Positions 17,074-25,302 of a stretch of 32,000 bases of DNA are shown one piece after another (positions within the stretch are counted from its first letter, which is position 1; each line of letters starts with the position of its first letter). The stretch covers positions 30,001 through 62,000 of the forward strand of contig NZ_CP089977.1 of assembly GCF_025643275.1 (NCBI RefSeq), read 5' to 3'. Made by a program: the position numbers and the translations under genes. The notes under the pieces are model-generated. The model saw only the letters and a list, made by a program, of their open reading frames with translations, was not told the origin of the DNA and did no database searches. The stretch comes from Moraxella nasicaprae. Its GTDB lineage: Bacteria > Pseudomonadota > Gammaproteobacteria > Pseudomonadales > Moraxellaceae.

Positions 17074-17736
17074 TTAAGTATTTAAATCAGGATAATCCCA
17101 ATCTGCATCAACTCTAAACAACCAATCCAATCCTGCACGGCGTTCCATAACGACACTACCATCTAAATTAACTTCCTTGCCATTAATACGAGCGTCCACA
17201 CACGCCCAATGATAACGATAAATTAAATCAGCTTGGTCTAGAATTTCCTCCAAAGAACGCATTTTTACTTTTGACAAAAATTCATCAATATTTGCATTAT
17301 TAGAAACCAGCCCAATAGCAAAATCGCATTCATCGTGAGTCATTGGCTCATTTGGGAATTTTAACTCATCAATTAAACCCAATGCCCATAATAATGCCCA
17401 ACACGCTTCATATTTCCAAGTCATATTAAGCAAATCTTGTTCATCGCCTTTTTGCTCAAAGATAATCAACTCTTTTTCGGTTAAATTATCAATTTGAAAT
17501 TGCTTTAATAGTTTTTGATAAAAAATAACAACTTCTACATCATAGTCATCATTTCTTTGGTCAAAACTTGCTTGAATGCACAGCATGCAGGCGATTAAGC
17601 GTTTTGTGATTTCCAATGGTGTTTTTAATTCAGCTTCGCTTTCATCTTCTATGACTGGCAACCAATCAATATGGGCAATACCTTCATTTTTTAGTTTTTC
17701 AATAGAAAGCTGTTTGCGTTGCCCTGCGGTTTTCAT
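17074..17736 (-). CDS. hypothetical cytoplasmic protein (possibly DUF4272 family, from memory)
   Basis: 220-aa ORF with an ATG start, acidic, with CWALLWALGL and W/D-rich C-terminal motifs. The family assignment is unverified. Confidence 0.6.
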   Translation of the reverse strand: MKTAGQRKQLSIEKLKNEGIAHIDWLPVIEDESEAELKTPLEITKRLIACMLCIQASFDQRNDDYDVEVVIFYQKLLKQFQIDNLTEKELIIFEQKGDEQDLLNMTWKYEACWALLWALGLIDELKFPNEPMTHDECDFAIGLVSNNANIDEFLSKVKMRSLEEILDQADLIYRYHWACVDARINGKEVNLDGSVVMERRAGLDWLFRVDADWDYPDLNT

Positions 17737-17805
17737 AAAAACACCTTTGCTTTAATTTAAAATAAGACAACCCATCATACCACAGATTGCCTTATCTTTC
17801 ACGCC

Positions 17806-19227
17806 TTACGCCACCGTCCGCACATCCACAAAATGCCCGTGAATTGCCGCCGCCGCCGCCATTGCAGGACTGACAAGGTGCGTACGACCGCCATTACCTT
17901 GACGACCTTCAAAGTTACGGTTAGACGTACTGGCACAATGTTCACCTGCTTGCAGTTTATCGGCATTCATCGCAAGGCACATAGAACACCCTGGTTCACG
18001 CCATTCAAAACCTGCATCAATAAAGATTTTATCCAAACCTTCACTTTCAGCTTGTTTTTTGACCTGCCCTGAGCCTGCCACCACCATTGCTTGTTTAATG
18101 GTTGGGGCGACTTTTTTGCCCTCAACAATTTTGGCGACTTCTCGCAAATCTTCAATGCGAGAATTGGTACAAGAACCGATAAACACACGGTCAAGCGTAA
18201 TATCAGATAAAGATTGTCCAGCCGTTAACCCCATATATTGATAGGCACGCGTCCAGTCTTTTCGCTGAACATCATCTTTGGCATCATCAAGGGTAGGTAC
18301 ATTGGCAGAGACTGGAATCACCATCTCAGGTGAAGTTCCCCACGAAATTTGTGGTTCAATCTCATCACCATTTAACACGACCACCGCATCAAAATGAGCA
18401 TCATCGTCCGATTTTAAGGTATTCCAATAGGCAACGGCTTTGTCCCAATTTTCGCCAGTTGGGGCATAGGGGCGACCTTTGACATAAGAAATGGTTTTGT
18501 CGTCCACTGCCACAAGTCCAACCCTTGCACCGCCCTCAATCGCCATATTACACACCGTCATACGCCCTTCAATTGACATATCACGGAACACCTGTCCACC
18601 AAATTCAATCGCATAGCCCGTTCCGCCTGCTGTGCCAATTTTGCCAATGATTGCCAAAATGACATCTTTTGGGGTAACACCTTTGCCCAGTTTACCGTCC
18701 ACTCGTACCAGCATATTTTTCATTTTCTTTTGTACAAGGCACTGAGTAGCTAAAACATGCTCAACCTCACTAGTACCAATACCATGTGCCAAACAGCCCA
18801 AAGCACCGTGCGTTGCAGTATGACTGTCGCCACACACCACCGTCATTCCCGGTAAGGTTAAGCCTTGTTCAGGACCAACAACATGAACAATACCCTGACG
18901 GTCATCATTAATACCAAACTGCACCACATTAAAAGTTTTACAGTTATCATCAAGGGTTTTGACTTGAATACGAGAAGTATCATCTTCAATGCCAGAAATC
19001 CCTTGTGAGCGTTCAATGGGTGAAGTTGGCACATTATGGTCTGGGGTGGCAATGTTGGCGGACAAACGCCAAGGCGTACGCCCAGCCAATTGTAAACCTT
19101 CAAAGGCTTGTGGACTGGTTACTTCGTGCAACAATTGACGGTCAATATAAATCAAAGACGAACCATCATCTCGTTGTTTGACCAAATGGTCGTCCCAAAG
19201 TTTGTCATATAAAGTTTTACCTGTCAT
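17806..19227 (-). CDS. leuC: 3-isopropylmalate dehydratase large subunit
   Basis: [16 protein letters not shown]...[14 protein letters not shown]...[11 protein letters not shown]...[13 protein letters not shown] are aconitase-family Fe-S ligand motifs typical of LeuC. Confidence 0.95.
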   Translation of the reverse strand: MTGKTLYDKLWDDHLVKQRDDGSSLIYIDRQLLHEVTSPQAFEGLQLAGRTPWRLSANIATPDHNVPTSPIERSQGISGIEDDTSRIQVKTLDDNCKTFNVVQFGINDDRQGIVHVVGPEQGLTLPGMTVVCGDSHTATHGALGCLAHGIGTSEVEHVLATQCLVQKKMKNMLVRVDGKLGKGVTPKDVILAIIGKIGTAGGTGYAIEFGGQVFRDMSIEGRMTVCNMAIEGGARVGLVAVDDKTISYVKGRPYAPTGENWDKAVAYWNTLKSDDDAHFDAVVVLNGDEIEPQISWGTSPEMVIPVSANVPTLDDAKDDVQRKDWTRAYQYMGLTAGQSLSDITLDRVFIGSCTNSRIEDLREVAKIVEGKKVAPTIKQAMVVAGSGQVKKQAESEGLDKIFIDAGFEWREPGCSMCLAMNADKLQAGEHCASTSNRNFEGRQGNGGRTHLVSPAMAAAAAIHGHFVDVRTVA

Positions 19228-19287
19228 TTTTATACTCCAAATTATTCAATGGCTGGGTTGTCGCCGTGCTATCAATGAATTTGGCAT

Positions 19288-19296
19288 ATTATAGCA
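19288..19296 (-). promoter_or_regulatory. putative extended -10 (TGcTATAAT) upstream of leuC
   Basis: The reverse complement of attatagca reads tgctataat, about 60 nt upstream of the leuC ATG. The -35 is weak. Confidence 0.35.
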
Positions 19297-19454
19297 AAAA
19301 TACATCCATAATCATATTTTATTATTGTTATTATTCGGTTTACTTTTTGGAATATTATAAAACTTGGTGCAACTTTAATGATAAAATTTATTGCGACAAT
19401 GCAACTTATATGTTACATTGAGTAAATCAATTCACGGCAAACAGGGTTTTAAGT

Positions 19455-19757
19455 ATGCTTATTTATCAAATATCGTTGGCAATTTTTGTTCTGATTGGTA
19501 TTTTGGGCTTTGTTGTGATTCGCAGTAACCCAACTTGGGTAGAGCGTGCAGTCACTCAAATCACATTGCTTGGTTTTTTGGCACAGATTGCGGTGAATTG
19601 GTTATTCTTGGGCAGCGGTATGGTTTATAATCCTTTTGCCGAAGCCGCACTGGGCAGAACCTCCATTACCTTTTTGGTGTTTTGTTTGGTCAGTATTTTT
19701 TGTTATGCCAGTTTGTTGATGATTTTTTATAAAGCACATGAATTTTATCACGAATAA
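19455..19757 (+). CDS. small integral membrane protein
   Basis: 100-aa ORF with three predicted TM helices, followed by a strong terminator. Confidence 0.6.
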   Translation: MLIYQISLAIFVLIGILGFVVIRSNPTWVERAVTQITLLGFLAQIAVNWLFLGSGMVYNPFAEAALGRTSITFLVFCLVSIFCYASLLMIFYKAHEFYHE

Positions 19758-19765
19758 TGATGATC

Positions 19766-19798
19766 TCCCCAAAGTCATACACTTTGGGGATTTTTTTT
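19766..19798 (+). terminator. rho-independent terminator
   Basis: tccccaaagt / actttgggga stem followed by an 8-nt T-run. Confidence 0.85.
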
Positions 19799-19898
19799 AT
19801 AAAAAATTTCTTATTACCAGCAATCTATCATTGAAAAACTTTTTGGAATATATTAAGCTATAAGCACCAAATGATTTTATGGATAAAAGATCACACTC

Positions 19899-20774
19899 AT
19901 GAACACGACCAACTTGGTAACTTTTGTTGCCGTGATGCAAACAGGCAGTATTTCAGGTGCTGCTGAAAAACTCTATATCACCCAACCTGCTGTCAGTAAA
20001 CGCATCAAAAATCTTGAAGATGAATTTGGGGCAACTTTATTTGATACCGTTGGTCGTAGCATCATTCCCACGGCTGCTGCTCATGAGCTTTTGCCTTTTG
20101 TGCGACGATGGCTCGATGATTATGAAACTTGCAAGGCAAATTTACAGCATTCCAAAGAAGTCGCATCAGGGCGATTGGTCATTGGCACCAGCCATCATAT
20201 CGGCTTGCACCATCTTGCTCCTGTATTAAAACGCTTTATCCAAATGCACCCTGCTGTATCATTGGAGGTGCGTTTTGTGGATTCCGAAGAGGCTCATAAG
20301 GCGGTGCTTGAAGGCGAAATTTCATTGGCGTTTTTAACTCTGCCACCAACCTACGACCGAAGATTAAACTATCATACACTATGGTCTGACCCGCTATATT
20401 TTGTGACAGGAACGCTGAGTCCGCTCGCCCAAAAAACCAATGTCAGCTTATTGCAGCTGGCTCATCACCCTGCGATTTTGCCAGCAGCAAATACCTTTAC
20501 CAGTCAGATTACTTTGGCAGAATTTGCCAAGCATAATCTACGCCCATACGCCACGATGAGCACCAATCCTTTGGAATCAATTCGCATGCTAGTATCAGTC
20601 GGCTTGGGCTGGTCGGTCTTGCCAGAAACACTCATCAATCAAGATTTGGTCAAAATCGATATGGCAGAACAAATCGAACTACAACGACATTTGGGCGTGG
20701 TTACCAATCCAAATTTGACCCATTCTGCCAGCATGAAAGCCTTGCTTGCCATTTTATCCATTGATGTGGATTAG
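19899..20774 (+). CDS. LysR family transcriptional regulator
   Basis: N-terminal HTH (LVTFVAVMQTGSISGAAEKLYITQPAVSKRIKNLEDEFGATLF) plus a LysR substrate-binding domain. Confidence 0.9.
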   Translation: MNTTNLVTFVAVMQTGSISGAAEKLYITQPAVSKRIKNLEDEFGATLFDTVGRSIIPTAAAHELLPFVRRWLDDYETCKANLQHSKEVASGRLVIGTSHHIGLHHLAPVLKRFIQMHPAVSLEVRFVDSEEAHKAVLEGEISLAFLTLPPTYDRRLNYHTLWSDPLYFVTGTLSPLAQKTNVSLLQLAHHPAILPAANTFTSQITLAEFAKHNLRPYATMSTNPLESIRMLVSVGLGWSVLPETLINQDLVKIDMAEQIELQRHLGVVTNPNLTHSASMKALLAILSIDVD

Positions 20775-20830
20775 GCAGGCTTGCCATCTTGAACAACAAC
20801 ATTGCCGTTTTCGTCAAGTTTTAATTTCAT
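20771..20830 (-). pseudogene. 19-codon fragment resembling the N-terminus of a phage scaffold (GP20-like) protein
   Basis: The minus strand reads ATG AAA TTA AAA CTT GAC GAA AAC GGC AAT GTT GTT GTT CAA GAT GGC AAG CCT GCC TAA = MKLKLDENGNVVVQDGKPA*. The stop overlaps the LysR stop codon. The similarity to scaffold N-termini is from memory only. Confidence 0.3.
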
Positions 20831-20894
20831 ACGATTTTCTCACTAATGAATGCTTTCCAGCATGGGTTACGCCTTTGTTTTCCAACAATTAGGC

Positions 20895-20926
20895 AATAAA
20901 AAACCCTTTCGAATTCGAAAGGGTTT
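20895..20926 (-). terminator. rho-independent terminator ending the four-gene cassette
   Basis: Perfect 26-bp palindrome aaaccctttcgaattcgaaagggttt (20901-20926), followed on the minus strand by a T-run. It lies 5 nt after the stop of the 137-aa ORF. Confidence 0.85.
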
Positions 20927-20930
20927 GGGG

Positions 20931-21344
20931 TTAAACTTTAAAGTTATCTAATAAATTGGGTATGCTTTCATAATATTTTTTAGCTATTTTAACATCATAA
21001 TCGCTTATATTTTTCTCTAATTCATAATCAGATTGACATCGCCTACTATGAAAGTCTTTAAACTGCAAAGCTAATTTTTGAAAATTTTTATTATTGGTTT
21101 GTTCTGCATAATCCACCAATACTAAATATAGCTGATTATGAACACCTGTCTTAAAAACGCCATCGCTATTTTTACCAATAGCGTACTGTGGCAAATTTTG
21201 CTCAATGTATTGTTTGACAATATGAAAAATCACATAATAACTTCTACTAATAAAAGCTCGTTTATCTGATTCACCAGAGCTACTATCAAGCAACGCAAAT
21301 AAGCCATCAAGGGACAACTTTAAATCCTGAATATCAACAGCCAT
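20931..21344 (-). CDS. HEPN-like four-helix protein
   Basis: The layout matches classical HEPN domains: helix 1 SRSYYVIFHIVKQYIEQ (compare sR.YYA.fHa..a.L), central GVHNQLYLVLVDY, and late FKDFHSRRCQSDYE (compare l...R..aDY). The start ATG overlaps the upstream stop (TAATG). Confidence 0.6.
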   Translation of the reverse strand: MAVDIQDLKLSLDGLFALLDSSSGESDKRAFISRSYYVIFHIVKQYIEQNLPQYAIGKNSDGVFKTGVHNQLYLVLVDYAEQTNNKNFQKLALQFKDFHSRRCQSDYELEKNISDYDVKIAKKYYESIPNLLDNFKV

Positions 21345-22129
21345 TATTGCAATCCCTTTGGCATAAATCTTATGACAATTTTTTGACAGTCATTGAAATC
21401 AAATTTATCCAACATCACATCTAAAAAATCATCATTTAACTGCAAACATTCATCAATGCTAACATTGTTTAGATAAAAGCAATATTCAAGCTGCTTGCCC
21501 ATCTCGGTTTCAATCATAGAAAGCCTATGACTAATATTACCACAATAGCGAGAATATATAAAGCAAAAGACCTCTTGATTGAATTTGATAAATAAGTCTA
21601 AATCAAAGTTTAGTTCATTTAACATTACATGATGATGATTGATACGAGTTACGCTCTTTGCAAATGATTGGCTTAAATCATTGAAATGATGCTCACTACC
21701 TTTAAATTTGGCGAGAATATCATTCAAACCATCTGCATCAAGCAAGCACATTTTATTTGTTTCAATCAAATCAAAAGCAGAAATATCTGCTGGATTATGG
21801 GCAATTAGCCCTTCTACAATCTTTAGGCTTTCGCTAAAATCGCCATTTTTATTTAACAAAAGTGCATAATTATATATTGCGATTTCATCTGATGATTGCG
21901 ATGCATATTTAGCATTTTTGACTGCATTTTTCAAATCGCCTTGCAAAATATTGACAAAGGCTCTTAATAGATAACCCTCTGTAACAATGCCTTGCTTAAT
22001 TAGGCTGTCTGCATCGTTAAGCCATCTTTTATATTTTAAGCCGTATGTAATATCATCCGTCAAGCCTTGATAGCTGGATAAAAATTTGTACGCATCTTGA
22101 GCGGTGGATTGTGGGATTTTTGCAACCAT
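21344..22129 (-). CDS. hypothetical protein, helical-repeat (TPR-like) N-terminal half and unknown C-terminal half
   Basis: 261-aa ORF with an ATG start. The N-terminal half shows repeated amphipathic helix pairs (LLRAFVNILQGDLKNAVKNAKYA / AIYNYALLLNKNGDFSESLKIVEGLIAHNP). The C-terminal half has a His cluster (RINHHHV) and several Cys. No NTase (GS..G/D.D) motif. Confidence 0.6.
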   Translation of the reverse strand: MVAKIPQSTAQDAYKFLSSYQGLTDDITYGLKYKRWLNDADSLIKQGIVTEGYLLRAFVNILQGDLKNAVKNAKYASQSSDEIAIYNYALLLNKNGDFSESLKIVEGLIAHNPADISAFDLIETNKMCLLDADGLNDILAKFKGSEHHFNDLSQSFAKSVTRINHHHVMLNELNFDLDLFIKFNQEVFCFIYSRYCGNISHRLSMIETEMGKQLEYCFYLNNVSIDECLQLNDDFLDVMLDKFDFNDCQKIVIRFMPKGLQ

Positions 22130-22149
22130 TTTCGTTACTCTGCATCATG

Positions 22150-22458
22150 TCAAATAAAGCGTCTATCTGTTTGCATTTTTTGCTTAACTTCATCTTGATA
22201 AGGCTGTAATAAATCATTGTCTGCCCGAAGTAAAACATAAACTTGCATAAAAACATCATCAGGCAAATCACTAAAATCTATCGTATTATGGTCATAATAC
22301 AATGTATGATAGTCATCAAGCCAAAATAATTCTGCCGCCATTGTTTTTTCAAACAAGATTTTCAAACGATTAAACAGCTCCTTACCAGCCTGATTATCAA
22401 GGCTGACAGTTAGGCTTTTGTCAAAATCTTTACTTTGATAAATTATCAGTAAAGTCAT
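22150..22458 (-). CDS. small acidic protein, candidate immunity/antitoxin for the upstream MuF-CT protein
   Basis: 102-aa ORF. Its ATG lies 29 nt inside the 3' end of the 322-aa ORF. D/E-rich. No family recognised. Confidence 0.55.
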   Translation of the reverse strand: MTLLIIYQSKDFDKSLTVSLDNQAGKELFNRLKILFEKTMAAELFWLDDYHTLYYDHNTIDFSDLPDDVFMQVYVLLRADNDLLQPYQDEVKQKMQTDRRFI

Positions 22459-23398
22459 CGTTTTTATCCGTAATTAACAGAATTTTTTGCTGTTTATGTT
22501 TGGGCAATAATAACACATAATCAATAATTTTTACAAACAACTCTTTATCCATTTTACGCAAATCCATTGGTACAATATCTGATTTTAGCAAATGCTCATC
22601 AATGGTTTTTGTTAGCTCGTCCCAAAAACCGTCAATTTTGGCTTGTTTTTTAGGATTTTTCATTGAAATGCGTTTTAATGCCATATCTGCCATATATTTT
22701 GCTTGAACTTCATCAATAGCAAACATTAAATCCATTGTTTGCCATTCTTTTACAGGCAAATCATTGTCTTTTTTAGCAAAGTCTGGCGGATTGCCTGTTG
22801 GATTTTGTTTATGGTAACGGTCATCATAACGCACCAAGTAAATGCCAAAATACTGCTGTAAAAGGTCGGCAAGTTCTGCCTCGGCAGGTCTTGGCTGCTT
22901 TGGCTTTTCGCCTTGCTTGGTTGGTTCAACTTGCAAGCGTTTGACTTCACTGACTCGTGGTTTTAAGTTGCCAACATTAATTGTTTGATAGCTCGGCTTT
23001 TTAAACACCTCCCCAAACACCACAGGCTCTAACTTTGCCATCTCATTTAGGGTTAGGGGTTCAAAGTTTTTATCCAGTTGTAGGGCTTTAAACTTTGCCT
23101 GTGTGATTTTGCCACTTCTAAACAGTTCAGCTCGTTTTACCCCCAACGCCATATTTTGTGTATGTTCATCTTGTAGGGCTAACCATTCATAGTAGGTCAT
23201 GTTCTCAACCTGACCGTGTTGGCTGGCTCGGTACTTAGGCGGTGTGTAGTCTTTGGTGATGATTTCTACCGTGCTACGACAATTGAAATGATATGGAGGG
23301 TAACTTGCCTTATCAATGGGCATAAATTGACCGTCTAGGTGTCTGATAAGCAGGCTTGTGCAACATTGACAGATGGCATAAACATGGTAAAATACCAA
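22430..23398 (-). CDS. 5'-truncated phage MuF/SPP1-gp7-type head morphogenesis protein fused to an unrecognised C-terminal domain (candidate orphan polymorphic toxin)
   Basis: [25 protein letters not shown] is the terminal signature of the MuF/gp7 domain (ldG..f.....PP.H.NCRC). It is followed by the usual [15 protein letters not shown]...PLTLNEM tail, a K/P/E-rich linker and about 170 aa of unknown fold. The rest of the MuF domain that normally precedes this signature is missing. The track start is TTG. The first ATG is at 23323 (MPIDK...). There is an in-frame stop at 23474-23476. Confidence 0.65.
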   Translation of the reverse strand: MVFYHVYAICQCCTSLLIRHLDGQFMPIDKASYPPYHFNCRSTVEIITKDYTPPKYRASQHGQVENMTYYEWLALQDEHTQNMALGVKRAELFRSGKITQAKFKALQLDKNFEPLTLNEMAKLEPVVFGEVFKKPSYQTINVGNLKPRVSEVKRLQVEPTKQGEKPKQPRPAEAELADLLQQYFGIYLVRYDDRYHKQNPTGNPPDFAKKDNDLPVKEWQTMDLMFAIDEVQAKYMADMALKRISMKNPKKQAKIDGFWDELTKTIDEHLLKSDIVPMDLRKMDKELFVKIIDYVLLLPKHKQQKILLITDKNDDFTDNLSK

Positions 23399-23561
23399 AA
23401 TCCAAGCAGTTTTGGTGGCATTGCTTGTTTTTGTGCCATGAAAGTCGCTTAAAACATCAATAAAAAAATATGCTCATCTCACATATGTTTTTCATTGAAA
23501 TGGCTTAACCATTAAGAAGCAATCAAAAAAACTTTAATATAATCAAAAGGATATAGACAAA

Positions 23562-24185
23562 ATGATTTTGGTTATCGACAATTATTGTAGTTTTACTTAT
23601 AACATTGTTCAGTATTTTGGAGAACTTAAACAAGACATCACGGTTTGGAGAAACAACGAAACCACCCTTGATGAGATTATCGCTCTCAATCCAAAAGCCA
23701 TTATATTAGGGCCTGGTCCATGTAGCCCAAGCGAGGCTGGTGTCACTTTGGAAATTTTACACAAACTTTCTGACCGCATTCCGATTTTGGGTGTTTGCTT
23801 AGGGCATCAAGCGATTGGGCAAGCATTTGGCGGTGATGTGGTGCGTGCTGGCGAAGTGATGCATGGCAGATTGTCCAAAATGCATCATACTGATGTGGGG
23901 ATTTTTCACGGATTACCACAGGGTTTTGAGGCGACTCGCTATCATTCGCTTGTGATTGATAAAAACACCCTGCCAGACTGCTTGGAAATGACCGCTTGGA
24001 CACAAAATCCTGATGGTAGCATTCAAGAAATCATGGGTGTACGCCACAAAACCTTGATGGTGGAAGGCGTTCAATTCCACCCAGAATCTATTTTAAGCGA
24101 ACATGGCTATCGTCTATTTAATAACTTTTTGGAGCGTGCAGGTCTGCTTGTCTTAGACCATCACAACCTACCGCAAGTTGCCTAA
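23562..24185 (+). CDS. trpG: anthranilate synthase component II / aminodeoxychorismate synthase glutamine amidotransferase
   Basis: [21 protein letters not shown]...GPGPCSP...GVCLGHQ...FHPES are class-I GATase motifs. Confidence 0.9.
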   Translation: MILVIDNYCSFTYNIVQYFGELKQDITVWRNNETTLDEIIALNPKAIILGPGPCSPSEAGVTLEILHKLSDRIPILGVCLGHQAIGQAFGGDVVRAGEVMHGRLSKMHHTDVGIFHGLPQGFEATRYHSLVIDKNTLPDCLEMTAWTQNPDGSIQEIMGVRHKTLMVEGVQFHPESILSEHGYRLFNNFLERAGLLVLDHHNLPQVA

Positions 24186-24208
24186 CGACCAATGCAAGGA
24201 TAAGCAAG

Positions 24209-25288
24209 ATGTACACAGCCGATGACATAATGAAGTTTAGTGATGACAAGATTGCATCAATTCTAACCAATGCTTTGCATAAACTGCTGTCAAACACTGA
24301 TTTAAATACTGATGAAATGACAGCGGTAATGCTGATTATCATGCAAGGTCGTTGTCCTGACGCATTGATGGGAGCAATATTGGTTGCTTTGCGTCAAAAA
24401 GGGGAATCCATTGATGAGATTGCCGCTTGTGCCAAGACCATGATTGAGCTTGCCGACACCATCAACATCAATGATGATAAAGCGGTCGATATTGTAGGAA
24501 CAGGCGGCGATGGGCAAAATTTGTTTAATATCTCAACGGCGGCGGCATTCGTGACAGCAGCAGCTGGCGTGACCATCGCCAAACATGGTAATCGTGGTGT
24601 CTCTACCAGCTCTGGCTCATCAGATGTACTATCGATGGCAGGCGTAAAACTTGATATTGACATCAATCACACCCGTGATGGCATCAATGAACTTGGTGTG
24701 GGATTTTTGTTCGCTCCCAACCACCACCCAGCGATGCGTCATGCTGTGGGCGTGCGTCGTCAGCTCAAAGTGCGTACCATTTTTAATGTCTTAGGTCCTT
24801 TGACCAATCCTGCTTTGGTTAAGCGAGCGGTGATTGGGGTATTTGATGCCTCGCTGTGTGAGCCATTGGCACAAGTGCTGGCAAATCTAGGCTACCAACA
24901 CGCTTTGGTGGTGCATTCATCAGATGGATTGGACGAATACAGCATTGCAGGCGGCACTCAGGTTGCTGAACTAAAAGATGGTCAAATCAGCACCTATCAT
25001 ACCACTCCTACCGATGTTGGCATACAGATACAGTCTTTGCAGGGCTTACAAGTACCATCATCTAAGGCAAGCCTTGACATCATTCAAGCCGCCCTTGCAG
25101 GCGATAGTGACGACCCAATCATCACAAAAGCCCAAGCCATCATTGCCATCAATGCAGGGGCTGCCATTTATGTTTCAGGTCAAGCAGACAGTCATCAGGC
25201 AGGTGTTGCAAAAGCATTTGAAGTCCTAGCAAGCGGTCAAGCCCTAGATAAATTACAAGCATTCGCCAAATTCACCCAACAATTTTAA
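24209..25288 (+). CDS. trpD: anthranilate phosphoribosyltransferase
   Basis: DIVGTGGDGQNLFNISTAAAFV...KHGNRGVSTSSGSSDVL...NPA are TrpD motifs. Confidence 0.92.
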   Translation: MYTADDIMKFSDDKIASILTNALHKLLSNTDLNTDEMTAVMLIIMQGRCPDALMGAILVALRQKGESIDEIAACAKTMIELADTININDDKAVDIVGTGGDGQNLFNISTAAAFVTAAAGVTIAKHGNRGVSTSSGSSDVLSMAGVKLDIDINHTRDGINELGVGFLFAPNHHPAMRHAVGVRRQLKVRTIFNVLGPLTNPALVKRAVIGVFDASLCEPLAQVLANLGYQHALVVHSSDGLDEYSIAGGTQVAELKDGQISTYHTTPTDVGIQIQSLQGLQVPSSKASLDIIQAALAGDSDDPIITKAQAIIAINAGAAIYVSGQADSHQAGVAKAFEVLASGQALDKLQAFAKFTQQF

Positions 25289-25302
25289 TTCATTGGTTCA
25301 TC

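Noticed and set aside
12900-19103. Numerous 60-90-aa antisense or out-of-frame ORFs inside leuB, leuC, PEBP and neighbouring genes (similar ones occur in the trp, ABC, serC and gloB genes)
   Set aside because: They are fully embedded in strongly supported conserved CDSs, lack RBSs and have odd composition, so I treat them as noise.
19228-19454. Leucine leader peptide or attenuator upstream of leuC
   Set aside because: The only small ORF I could trace (MIMDVFLL*) has no run of Leu codons followed by a terminator/antiterminator pair. The region looks like a plain promoter plus a short leader.
23399-23561. Trp attenuator or T-box leader upstream of trpG
   Set aside because: I found no Trp-codon leader ORF, no T-box specifier or antiterminator pattern, and no strong hairpin. 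The region also holds the decayed 5' end of the MuF gene on the other strand.
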